Shown here piece by piece: positions 11,640 through 22,797 of a DNA stretch of 32,069 bases. Under the pieces are notes generated by a model. It saw nothing but the letters and a program-made list of their open reading frames with translations. It ran no database searches and had not been told where the DNA came from. Position numbers and translations under genes: made by a program. The stretch is from Dimorphilus gyrociliatus (Eukaryota; Animalia; Annelida): contig CAJFCJ010000129.1 of NCBI GenBank assembly GCA_904063045.1, positions 1-32,069 of the forward strand, in the 5' to 3' direction. Each line of letters begins with the position of its first letter. The first letter of the stretch is position 1.

Positions 11640-13711
11640 GTTTCTTTCCTTCGAATGTTGTGCTCAAAATGCAAAACGCATTAATGCTTCTTTCAAGGTG
11701 ACAAAGGAGAAACTTCAGTATTTTTAGCATTTTTATTACGTAATCTTTCAGAGTTCAATAGTTCAACAACAGGATATGAATATATTCGATTGTATTCAAG
11801 TCTTTTCAATAGGTAAAGTAAATATGGATTTGTAATTGGAGAGGTTTACACTAAGGGGCCAAATGTGTTGTATGGAATTAAGAAGGAATTGAATTTTTGC
11901 TTTCTGATTGTCTTAACTGTTGTACACGAATAGATTTCATCTGATAGGGTCAATTTTAATTCTATTCGCATAGTTTAAAAAGATCTTTCCTCATTGCCAT
12001 ATCAATTCTAGAAAAATTCTTTCAAGTTTTGAACAGTTTTTAAACAATCAATGATTTGAAACATTTCTTTATTGAATATTCTTAACTGTTCAAGTAGAAA
12101 ATTTGAAACTTTTTCTCTCCTCTTTAACTATTTTCGCCTAGAGGAAACTTTTACAATTTGCATGATTTTCATCTAGGCATAGAATGCATAAATTTTCCAT
12201 ATTGTGAGTTTGACACAACAATGTAACTCTCCAAGTGGAATACCATAATTCTCATGTAACAAAAATATGAAAGACTCGCTATATCACACATATAAAATAT
12301 AATTTTAAGATTAGGGCCACATGCCAAACATGTGCCACTGCAACCAGAACCAAAATGTAAGAAAAATATAACTGTATTCTAAGTGATATGTGATGGACTC
12401 AAATCTTCTTCAAACTCTATGAAAAAAATTTTTGTGAGATTTATTGAGTTTGATGTGGAGTATTTACCAAATTGTCAAAGAGATTATCTTTTAATGACAC
12501 AGAACTTAAATTCTGCGAAATTATGTTGAAATGAATCATCTATTGTCAATTCAAATGGTCTGTAACAAAATAAAGAAATACATCTTTTGACACTTTTCCT
12601 TCTCACTTGAAAAAGGGGGAATACCCACAAAATATTGTGAGATTTTAGAGAACGTGAGAAGTAGAAGAGTTCCTGCAATTCAGATTCTCTTAATTTTTGT
12701 TGAGTCTTTGAATTTGTGGTGTTGGAGATACATTGTAGCTTAGGCTTTGAAGGACTACTTAAGTTAGTTATTCCTAACAGCCACATTCACCAGAAACCTA
12801 AAAGTTTGCAGTGTGTGCATTAAGGGGATAGCCATTCCTTACAGGTTGTACAAATCCCTAACACTTAAGACTTAAAGCATTCTATCTTGGGATCTTTCGA
12901 AGCTTTTGTGGAAGTTTTTTTTGGCTTATATATAAACTTAGAACTTGGTTTGAAATACAGTAATAGCTTAGGCTAGGGTCTGTTATTTTAGATAGTAGTT
13001 CCTAATACCTACACCAACCCAAAACAAGCTTATAGTGTGTTTGCAATTGGGGAATTGCCAGTCCTTAAAAATGTGCTAGCCCCTAACCTTAAGACCTATA
13101 TAATTGACCTTCACTTTTATAACAGCTGATTTTATGTCCTTTATCTGGAACTGTTTCTATTGTATTAGTCAATTGTAAAGGAAAATTTTTTTTTTTTTTA
13201 TAAATTATCAGTTGATTAGCAAGATATTATATACACCTGCACAGGTGTAGGATTTAAAATGATGATATAATTTATAATATCATCTAAACATCAAAACTAG
13301 TATATTTATCCCAAATCTCCCTTTTAGAATATTTATCAATTCGACATAATATCCTAAATTGAGAACTCTAACATATTGACCAACTCATTTTTACTCTGAT
13401 TGAGAATGCAATTATGTATATTTATATTGCACTTTTGATAGAAAAGAGTGTAATATTCCTAAAAATATATTTAATCTTAGCAGTTGTTCTAATCCTATAT
13501 TCCATATTCATCAAAATAATAAACTGTTTATTATAGTTGTATCTATACTAAACTCATTTTCAACACGTGCTAGTATGCACCATATTTTTGTAACTTACTT
13601 TCTTTCTCTAGCATTCCCTGGTATTGATATAAAGTTAATCACAAATGAAAATTTTCACCATTCTCATGATATTCATTCAATGTTTTACTAAAACAATAAC
13701 AACAACAAAGA

Positions 13712-14611
13712 ATGTGGAAACTCTTTATTAGAGTAATTGTATTCTTTATACAATTGGGAATAGCAGGTAAAAAATTTAAGGAAAATCTGAAGACAATGCT
13801 AAAAAGCAATTAGATTTTATATAATGTGTGTGTGTGTTTTTTTTTTCAAATTTTTCAGTTTCGGTAACAAGTTTGGTGTGTGAACATAAGACTTTGAATT
13901 TGGAATGTCCAAGTGGAAAATTTCTTATAATTGAATCGGGAAAATACGGTAGAGATAAGGGAGATATGACAACTTGTCATGAAAGATCCATTGTAAACAA
14001 TGTGAAAAGAATTGAATCGAATGATTGCGAAGCATCAACAGCTTTTGAAAAAATAGCAGAAAAATGCAATGATAAGTCGAATTGTTTTGTTTCTGCTTCA
14101 AATACCGAATTTGGTGATCCATGCTCTGGAATATTTAAATATCTAAGAATAGATTACAAATGCGTTTCTCGTAAGTTTCAAAATTACCTTTGAAATGCTT
14201 ATTCACGCAAATAATTACATTTTAGGCCAAACAACTAAAGTTGTTTGTGAACATAGAAATTTGAATTTAAAATGCCCAATTGGAAAGATTCTTAAAGTTG
14301 AATTGGCAAATTATGGTCGAGATGAAGGAGATACAAGAACTTGCTTTGATTTATCTTTAATAATGTTTGCAAAAAAGATAAAATCGAGTAGTTGTCATGC
14401 AATATGTGCTTTAGAAAAAGTAAAACGGATTTGTAACAAAAAGTCAAAATGCACCGTTTCCGCTTCAAATTCAGAGTTTGGTGATCCGTGTTATGGAATA
14501 TTTAAATATCTGAATGTAACTTATAAGTGTGTTACAGGTATGTTGAAAAACAAATTCAGAATTTTTCTGTACCAATTGGGGATGAATCCCTATCAAGATC
14601 TACCCAAGTAA
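13712..14611 (+). CDS. Truncated SUEL lectin copy (signal peptide + 2 SUEL domains), cut in intron 3 by the arm boundary
   Basis: Exons 13712-13766 (MWKLFIRVIVFFIQLGIAG), 13859-14170 and 14226-14537. The intron starting at 14538 switches to spacer sequence at 14568; read-through stop at 14611. Confidence 0.8.
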
Positions 14612-14758
14612 TATTGTGGTTGTTGATTTGGAAACAATAAAAAATGATAAGGCATTATGAATATTTGAATATTGTAATGAAATGAAAAGATGCAATAGAA
14701 GGATTATTATATTATCTAATAACCAAAGAAGAGAATAGAAAAGAAAATCTATGAAGTA

Positions 14759-14978
14759 TGTACACTTATGAACTATAGTTTATAGATATTTTATAAATGT
14801 TACTTACTATATGGTAGAAGTGTTGAAGTAGATGTTGCCTCTGGGGTAGATGGTACCCAACTGCCAGAATCAACCCCTTTTATAGGCAAAGGATAAGGTG
14901 TTACATAATCAATAATGTAAGAATTGAGCCTTGAGGGGTAACCTACACAAAGTTGTTGTTGTTTACATTACCCCTACC
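14759..14978 (+). repeat. Internally deleted copy of the 967-1400 dispersed repeat
   Basis: TGTACACTTATGAACTATAG...AACCTACACAAAGTTGTTG matches 967-1212; it then continues ...CATTACCCC as at ~1387-1394. Confidence 0.85.
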
Positions 14979-15419
14979 TTTTCATTTGTAAATTTTGTCT
15001 TTTCAGCTCCCTCTGACTGGTTGCTACGTTGTCCCAATAATTATGCAACGCAGCCAAATAAAGAAAAAATTGATGAAAATAACGAAAAATTTTTTTCCCA
15101 GATATCATCATTTTCTCAATTTTTTTTCAATATTACGTAAATATCACTCTTTATCTATAGAAATTTATACAAAAAAACACTATTTTCGCAGGAAAAACCA
15201 TTTTTGACCATTAATTTAAATTCGGCCTATCAAAATTTAGGGTGAATCAAAATTTATGCAAATTACTGTATATATGTACTATATATTTGTTTATGTAAAC
15301 CAGCTGAAATATAGAGGTATCGTCTGTGTTTTAGTCATACTTGTAATGATTATACAGATATGGTCACTAACATTGTTTCTAGTTCAAGATGCTATTAATA
15401 AAAGAACAATAAATAGGTC

Positions 15420-16292
15420 ATTATTTATCTCAACCCCAACTCAATCAAAAATCTATTTATAGCAAGAATGTTGAGCTATTGGCAAAATACTCTTGTATCC
15501 TTCATCATCCCCAAAATAAGCCTATATAATTATATTCTACCTGTGTAGATCAATAGCAAATCACTATCCTATCCAGATAAATACTTCTCTACTAGCAAAT
15601 TTGTTGTATTGTATTCAACTTCTTCTACTCGAACCAGTATTCTTAAGAAATGATGGTGGAAGAATAAATCATACATACCTGGCAGAACAAATAGAGCTGA
15701 CTGGGTATCAAGAATTGGGGAAACAGATGAAATCATTGACTTTAGAATACTTGCCAAGAGATAGATTAAGTGTTTCTTTTTAGATACTGAGGATTTAGAA
15801 GAGCTTGATGATTGTTTAGATGCTGATCTAAATAGTGGGGATGAAGAGTGTATGAAATTGAGAATAAAATCTGTTCAATTGGACTTCTACCTGGAACATG
15901 TTCAAGATGATGCATTGATGAAAGTTGTTGAAAAGTTGGAAGGAGGGAAAGTTGATGATAAATCACTAAATGAATTTAGAGGTTCAATAGAAAACATGTT
16001 TGTGAAGGAAGATCTAGTATGGAACTTAAATGGCTGCCAACCACTCTTCCATTCACAACATTAAACAACTTTCTAACACAAGTACATCAATACCAACTGT
16101 TTCAACACTATGGCATTGATACCATAATTCATACCTTAGAACAGAAAACTAAAGAAAACTGTTAAGAATCACATAAAAAATTGTGAATTTTGTGAGCAGT
16201 TACATGCACCAAGTAACAAATATGAACTAGTTGAAACCCTTCATCCAACACTTCCATTACAGACAATTGCAATGGACATACTTTATGCTTGA
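15420..16292 (+). mobile_element. Decayed Ty3/Gypsy-type LTR retrotransposon pol fragment (RNase H tail + integrase H2C2 + start of catalytic core)
   Basis: YLSQPQLNQK...ELLAKYSCILHHPQNK resembles the RNase H C-terminus. VH(16085)...QHYG(16106)...[frameshift]...KNCEFC(16182-16193)...PLQTIAMD is the integrase zinc finger leading into the core. Multiple stops and frameshifts. Confidence 0.72.
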
Positions 16293-17528
16293 ACTGTATT
16301 ACTTTATGCAACTTATACATAAACCTCTTAAAACCTACTCAAGAAAATGCTATAACATTGGCAAAACACAGGTCTGATTAGTCAGCTTGAAGGCTCAGGG
16401 GGAGAGTTAGGTTGGAAAACAGTTTGGTAATTTGGCAACATGCTATTACAAATTATCTACTCTGCTATTGAACTTTCGTATTGCTACTTGCTTAAGTATT
16501 ATAATTTCGAATAAAGTATTTTAATTTAAACATTTGTTTAAAGGTTAGAGTAGAACCAGTACTGTTGTAACTTGCAAACACATAAATTGGCCAGGCAATC
16601 TCAGTTCAATATTCTGTAAGTTTTTTAAAGAATGTAAAGAATACAGAATTTGGATTGTGTGGTAGAGAGAAAAGTTGTTGCTTAATGTATATTTCCTGCC
16701 AGATTTTTCATAATGTTCATAGCTTTAATAGTAGCTTCATTAAAGGCAAATGAATTGGCTGAAAATTATAATTTTACTTAAAAAAACCAAAAAATATTTT
16801 TCTACTTGAATTGTAGCTCTAGGAATCACTTTGGCACTGGTGAAATGTCTAGTTCATGTTTATCTTTAATAACAGGATGTTACAAAGTCTAACAATTAGG
16901 AGGGTTCTTTGAGTTATAACTTGGCTACAGCTTCAGACGTTCAGATCCTATCCAGTCTTACATTTACATTAAGAGGGTGCTGTTTCACCTGCTCATACAA
17001 TGAGACAGGACATCAAGGGTAAGTTGTGCAAAAGTCATCTAGAAAGAGATGAGTGTTCTCTTAAAGTAATCGTATGGAAAATTTTGTTTGTACTATAATA
17101 AAAAAGGGATCAAAAGATGTAAAATGTCTTTCTACAGTTTGTATAATTGATATTGAATAGAGAAACTACTGGGCTAAAATAAGTCAGAACACAATACTGG
17201 AGAGAGATAATAATTCTACTTCCTGTTAAGCTCTAAGACTACACAATGTTTGAATACAATAATTGTATGAAAACAGACAACAAGTTGTTGTGCATTGAGA
17301 ATTATTGTCCGCCTCTTTCTACTGACAAACAAATACAAGCCAACTTTTGCATCTATAAGTACTCTACAACAGTCTGGTATTATTGAATGTATTGGAAAAT
17401 GAACAGCATTTTCACATTGCAGAATTTGTATATGTGTCAAGAATGAATTGTTAGTTGGTGTGAGAGTTTTAACCATCTAAAGAAAAGTAGCTAAGAAGTG
17501 CACATCAGTTATGTTTTAATCGTTTCAC

Positions 17529-19127
17529 TTATATCTTAACATAGAGATCACTAGTTGCAAAAGAAGTAAAATGCGATTTGCTAACATCGTCAATGTCATA
17601 TTTGATGTAGCATGTCTTTTTATCACCATGAAAAACAAAACCAATGCATTTATCATTTTCGGTGCAAGTATTAGCGCAATCATTAAGATTGGTGTCCGTT
17701 AATTTACCAATATCAAATCCAGGATATTTTGTCAAAGGATATCGTTTATATCCCTTCAACGAAACTGTTTGGTAGAATACATATAAAGGAGAAATCTAAA
17801 TTCTAATCAAAAGTATAAATGTTACTTACTTGGAACACATTTATAAACTATTCTTAGATATTTAAATATCCCAGAGCATGGATCACCAAACTGCGAATTT
17901 GAAGCGGAAACAGAACATTTCGATTTATCATTACATTTTGCTTTTACATTTTCAAAAGCAGTTGATTTTTCACAGTTTGTTAATTTAATTCTCGGCGCAA
18001 AAATGCTTAAGGATGGACGTTTACAAGTTGTAAAGTCTCCCCTATCTCTGCCATATTTTACTGATAGAATCTTAAGAATTTCTTGATTTGGACATTCCAT
18101 ATTCAAAGTTTTGTGTTCACATTCTAACTTTGTTTTTGCTCCTGGGAATTATAAAGAAAAGTTAACTTTTTAGAATAAAGTTTGTCAACTATTTCAAAAA
18201 ACTTTTGGAGTAGTTTTTTTATAATTATTATTTACCTTCCATACTTGGATCTGAAAAACAAAATGGAGGTTGAAAAATTCTGAATTTGTTTTTCAACATA
18301 CCTGTAACACACCTATAAGTTACATTCAGATATTTAAATATTCCATAACACGGATCACCAAACTCTGAATTTGAAGCGGAAACGGTGCATTTTGACTTTT
18401 TGTTACAAATCTGTTTTACTTTTTCTAAAGCACATATTGCATGACAACTACTCGATTTTATCTTTTTTGCAAACATTATTAAAGATAAATCAAAGCAAGT
18501 TCTTGTATCTCCTTCATCTCGACCATAATTTGCCAATTCAACTTTAAGAATCTTTCCAATTGGGCATTTTAAATTCAAATTTCTATGTTCACAAACAACT
18601 TTAGTTGTTTGGCCTAAAATGTAATTATTTGCGTGAATAAGCATTTCAAAGGTAATTTTGAAACTTACGAGAAACGCATTTGTAATCTATTCTTAGATAT
18701 TTAAATATTCCAGAGCATGGATCACCAAATTCGGTATTTGAAGCAGAAACAAAACAATTCGACTTATCATTGCATTTTTCTGCTATTTTTTCAAAAGCTG
18801 TTGATGCTTCGCAATCATTCGATTCAATTCTTTTCACATTGTTTACAATGGATCTTTCATGACAAGTTGTCATATCTCCCTTATCTCTACCGTATTTTCC
18901 CGATTCAATTATAAGAAATTTTCCACTTGGACATTCCAAATTCAAAGTCTTATGTTCACACACCAAACTTGTTACCGAAACTGAAAAATTTGAAAAAAAA
19001 AACACACACACACATTATATAAAATCTAATTGCTTTTTAGCATTGTCTTCAGATTTTCCTTCAATTTTTTACCTGCTATTCCCAATTGTACAAAGAATAC
19101 AATTACTCTAATAAAGAGTTTCCACAT
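17529..19127 (-). CDS. Secreted SUEL (Gal_lectin / rhamnose-binding lectin) x3 + PAN/apple protein (408 aa, 5 exons)
   Basis: Exons 19127-19073, 18980-18669, 18613-18302, 18141-17830 and 17764-17529; total 1227 nt; all introns GT-AG and phase 1. Each SUEL has CEH, YGRD, ASN and FGDPC.GIFKYL. The last exon has a four-Cys PAN pattern (YPGFDI...CANTC...CIGF...CYIK). Confidence 0.9.
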
Positions 19128-21199
19128 TCTTTGTTGTTGTTATTGTTTTAGTAAAACATTGAATGAATATCATGAGAATGGTGAAAATTTTCATTTGTGA
19201 TTAACTTTATATCAATACCAGGGAATGCTAGAGAAAGAAAGTAAGTTACAAAAATATGGTGCATACTAGCACGTGTTGAAAATGAGTTTAGTATAGATAC
19301 AACTATAATAAACAGTTTATTATTTTGATGAATATGGAATATAGGATTAGAACAACTGCTAAGATTAAATATATTTTTAGGAATATTACAGTCTTTTCTA
19401 TCAAAAGTGCAATATAAATATACATAATTACATTCTCAATCAGAGTAAAAATGAGTTGGTCAATATGTTAGAGTTCTCAATTTAGGATATTATGTCGAAT
19501 TGATAAATATTCTAAAAGGGAGATTTGGGATAAATATACTAGTTTTGATGTTTAGATGATATTATAAATTATATCATCATTTTAAATCCTACACCTGTGC
19601 AGGTGTATATAATATCTTGCTAATCAACTGATAATTTATAAAAAAAAAAAAAATTTTCCTTTACAATTGACTAATACAATAGAAACAGTTCCAGATAAAG
19701 GACATAAAATCAGCTGTTATAAAAGTGAAGGTCAATTATATAGGTCTTAAGGTTAGGGGCTAGCACATTTTTAAGGACTGGCAATTCCCCAATTGCAAAC
19801 ACACTATAAGCTTGTTTTGGGTTGGTGTAGGTATTAGGAACTACTATCTAAAATAACAGACCCTAGCCTAAGCTATTACTGTATTTCAAACTAAGTTCTA
19901 AGTTTATATATAAGCCAAAAAAAACTTCCACAAAAGCTTCGAAAGATCCCAAGATAGAATGCTTTAAGTCTTAAGTGTTAGGGATTTGTACAACCTGTAA
20001 GGAATGGCTATCCCCTTAATGCACACACTGCAAACTTTTAGGTTTCTGGTGAATGTGGCTGTTAGGAATAACTAACTTAAGTAGTCCTTCAAAGCCTAAG
20101 CTACAATGTATCTCCAACACCACAAATTCAAAGACTCAACAAAAATTAAGAGAATCTGAATTGCAGGAACTCTTCTACTTCTCACGTTCTCTAAAATCTC
20201 ACAATATTTTGTGGGTATTCCCCCTTTTTCAAGTGAGAAGGAAAAGTGTCAAAAGATGTATTTCTTTATTTTGTTACAGACCATTTGAATTGACAATAGA
20301 TGATTCATTTCAACATAATTTCGCAGAATTTAAGTTCTGTGCCATTAAAAGATAATCTCTTTGACAATTTGGTGAATACTCCACATCAAACTCAATAAAT
20401 CTCACAAAAATTTTTTTCATAGAGTTTGAAGAAGATTTGAGTCCATCACATATCACTTAGAATACAGTTATATTTTTCTTACATTTTGGTTCTGGTTGCA
20501 GTGGCACATGTTTGGCATGTGGCCCTAATCTTAAAATTATATTTTATATGTGTGATATAGCGAGTCTTTCATATTTTTGTTACATGAGAATTATGGTATT
20601 CCACTTGGAGAGTTACATTGTTGTGTCAAACTCACAATATGGAAAATTTATGCATTCTATGCCTAGATGAAAATCATGCAAATTGTAAAAGTTTCCTCTA
20701 GGCGAAAATATTTAAAGAGGAGAGAAAAAGTTTCAAATTTTCTACTTGAACAGTTAAGAATATTCAATAAAGAAATGTTTCAAATCATTGATTGTTTAAA
20801 CACTGTTCAAAACTTGAAAGAATTTTTCTAGAATTGATATGGCAATGAGGAAAGATCTTTTTAAACTATGCGAATAGAATTAAAATTGACCCTATCAGAT
20901 GAAATCTATTCGTGTACAACAGTTAAGACAATCAGAAAGCAAAAATTCAATACCTTCTTAATTCCATACAACACATTTGGCCCCTTAGTGTAAACCTCTC
21001 CAATTACAAATCCATATTTACTTTACCTATTGAAAAGACTTGAATACAATCGAATATATTCATATCCTGTTGTTGAACTATTGAACTCTGAAAGATTACG
21101 TAATAAAAATGCTAAAAATACTGAAGTTTCTCCTTTGTCACCTTGAAAGAAGCATTAATGCGTTTTGCATTTTGAGCACAACATTCGAAGGAAAGAAAC

Positions 21200-22120
21200 A
21201 TGCTTATAGCCGTTATTTTATCTATTTTGCTGCCATTTTCTCATGGTTTGTAGATTTTTTACGTAAATGAAAATGTAATTGTTTTCATACCTTCTCTTTG
21301 TTTATGTCAAGGACTATCCTGTTACAACTGTAACAGTATAATGAATAACTATTGCGAAAGTCTTTCTTCACCAGTAGCTATGTGTCAAACAGCTGGAAGT
21401 TGTACAACAACTATTTCAAAAGGAAATTGTAATTAGTCTAACAATTTTGTTATTCAAATCTAATACATTCTTTTTACTTTTCAACTGCAATTTCAGCTGT
21501 AATGAGATCTTGTTCACCAACTGTACAGCCAGATGGCTGCAAAGAAACAATTGTACTTGGTTTAAACGTTACTACATGCCATTGTAAATCTGACAAGTGT
21601 AATAATGAAACTGATGTTACAGCGCCATCTGGTTTGTTTTTTAGATTATAGTTTTAACAGGAATTTTCCTTCTTAGCTGAACGATATGCATTTTACTTTT
21701 GTATATAAACAAACAGGCAAAGAAACAGCTTCGCCAGACTTATCTCCAGGTTAGGCCTATTTGAAAATGAATGTAAAAATATCTATATTTTATTGTTTCT
21801 ATTAGCAACAAGTTGTTATTCTTGTACAAACTCCTTCAACACCGACTGTGTTAATAATTTTGAACCTTTGAAACGTTGCCAACCGAAAAATGGATGTTTG
21901 ACTACAATTTTAAAATCGATATGTAAAATTTTGAGAATTTCCATTTCTATTTTACAGTCTAATTTTCATTTATCTTTCAGCAAATACTACAAACTTACAC
22001 ATTGTTGCGAGAGCTTGCGCAACAGTGGCTCAAACAATTGGTTGCCAAACAACAATGTTAGTTGGAGTAGAATTTACAAGATGCTATTGCAACACCAACA
22101 ATTGTAACAATCAAGTATAG
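21200..22120 (+). CDS. Double Ly6/uPAR (three-finger, quiver-like) protein (195 aa, 6 exons)
   Basis: Exons 21200-21245, 21312-21428, 21497-21631, 21717-21749, 21806-21922 and 21981-22120 (588 nt). Signal MLIAVILSILLPFSHG; domains LSCYNC...CHCKSDKCN and TSCYSC...CYCNTNNCN. Confidence 0.85.
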
Positions 22121-22797
22121 CTGTTGAAAAATTTTTAGCTTGGCACTTAGTATAGAACAAGTAGCTTTCTTACTTAAATCTATAGTAAAAGCATTTGTCT
22201 GTCGATTCCTATAGAGGTTTGTTTTTATTATTTTGTAAGAGATGTTTGTCATTCTCTACTCACATTTTAAGCTATCTCTTTTATAAACAGTATAAATTGT
22301 TTTGAATAAATAAAAACTACAATCAAGAGATGTTTTTAAAAAAGTTTTCTCGCTTTCGTTTTTCTTCATTTTCCACTTTTCCTTGCTGCAGGAGTAGGAA
22401 CAATCTTTCTAGAGATGTTGGAAAATTTCGACAAGATCCCTATTCCCCTTACATATATACTGTATATCACTCATTTGATGATTGATACCAATTTGACAAA
22501 TTATTGAAATAAAATTCTAAAAATATGTTTGTTAAAAGGCTGCGTTGCTCTTTAAAATGGTTGAAAATGCTGATTTATTAAAAATTCCATTGTTTAATGT
22601 TAATAATTGAATAATGAATTAAATAGTAATGAAGCAATTACTGTCATTATTGAAAAGTTTATAGTTAAATTTAAATTGCCTCGTGAAATCAATTATTAAT
22701 TAAAAGTGTAAATTAATCAATGCAAACATATATGAAAGATGGATGTAGAACCTTCAAAAATGTTAATTAACTTTACTTAATTGTTGCAAGGTTCACA

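Larger units (their letters stand above)
339..14567 (+). repeat. Left arm of giant inverted repeat (may extend to base 1)
   Basis: Mirror ORF pairs have near-constant coordinate sums: 13828+19011, 14195+18644 and 7855+24984 = 32839; 4167+28288 = 32455. The window end 32069 is the reverse complement of position 339. Similarity stops at C14567/G18272. Confidence 0.98.
14568..18271. other. Unique spacer (3704 bp) of the palindrome
   Basis: No mirror partner: left ...GAATTTTTC|TGTACC versus right (reverse complement) ...GAATTTTTC|AACCTC. Confidence 0.95.

Noticed and set aside
11700-12800. Possible NACHT/LRR pseudogene (LQELFYF and LFKHCSKLERIFL-like fragments on the - strand)
   Set aside because: Fragments are too short and stop-ridden to support a call without a profile search.
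13925-14122. 65-aa antisense ORF (mirror 18717-18914)
   Set aside because: Lies antisense to a SUEL exon; no independent evidence.
14600-14655. IVVVDLET, resembling a DEDD exonuclease motif at the spacer start
   Set aside because: Single short motif in a frame closed by nearby stops.
14931-15207. Track ORFs 14931-15140 and 14995-15207
   Set aside because: Overlap repeat-derived and A/T-tract-rich sequence with low-complexity composition.
16397-16406. AGGGGGAGAG as the polypurine tract of the Gypsy relic
   Set aside because: Not followed by a TG-started LTR, and most of the integrase is missing between it and the relic.
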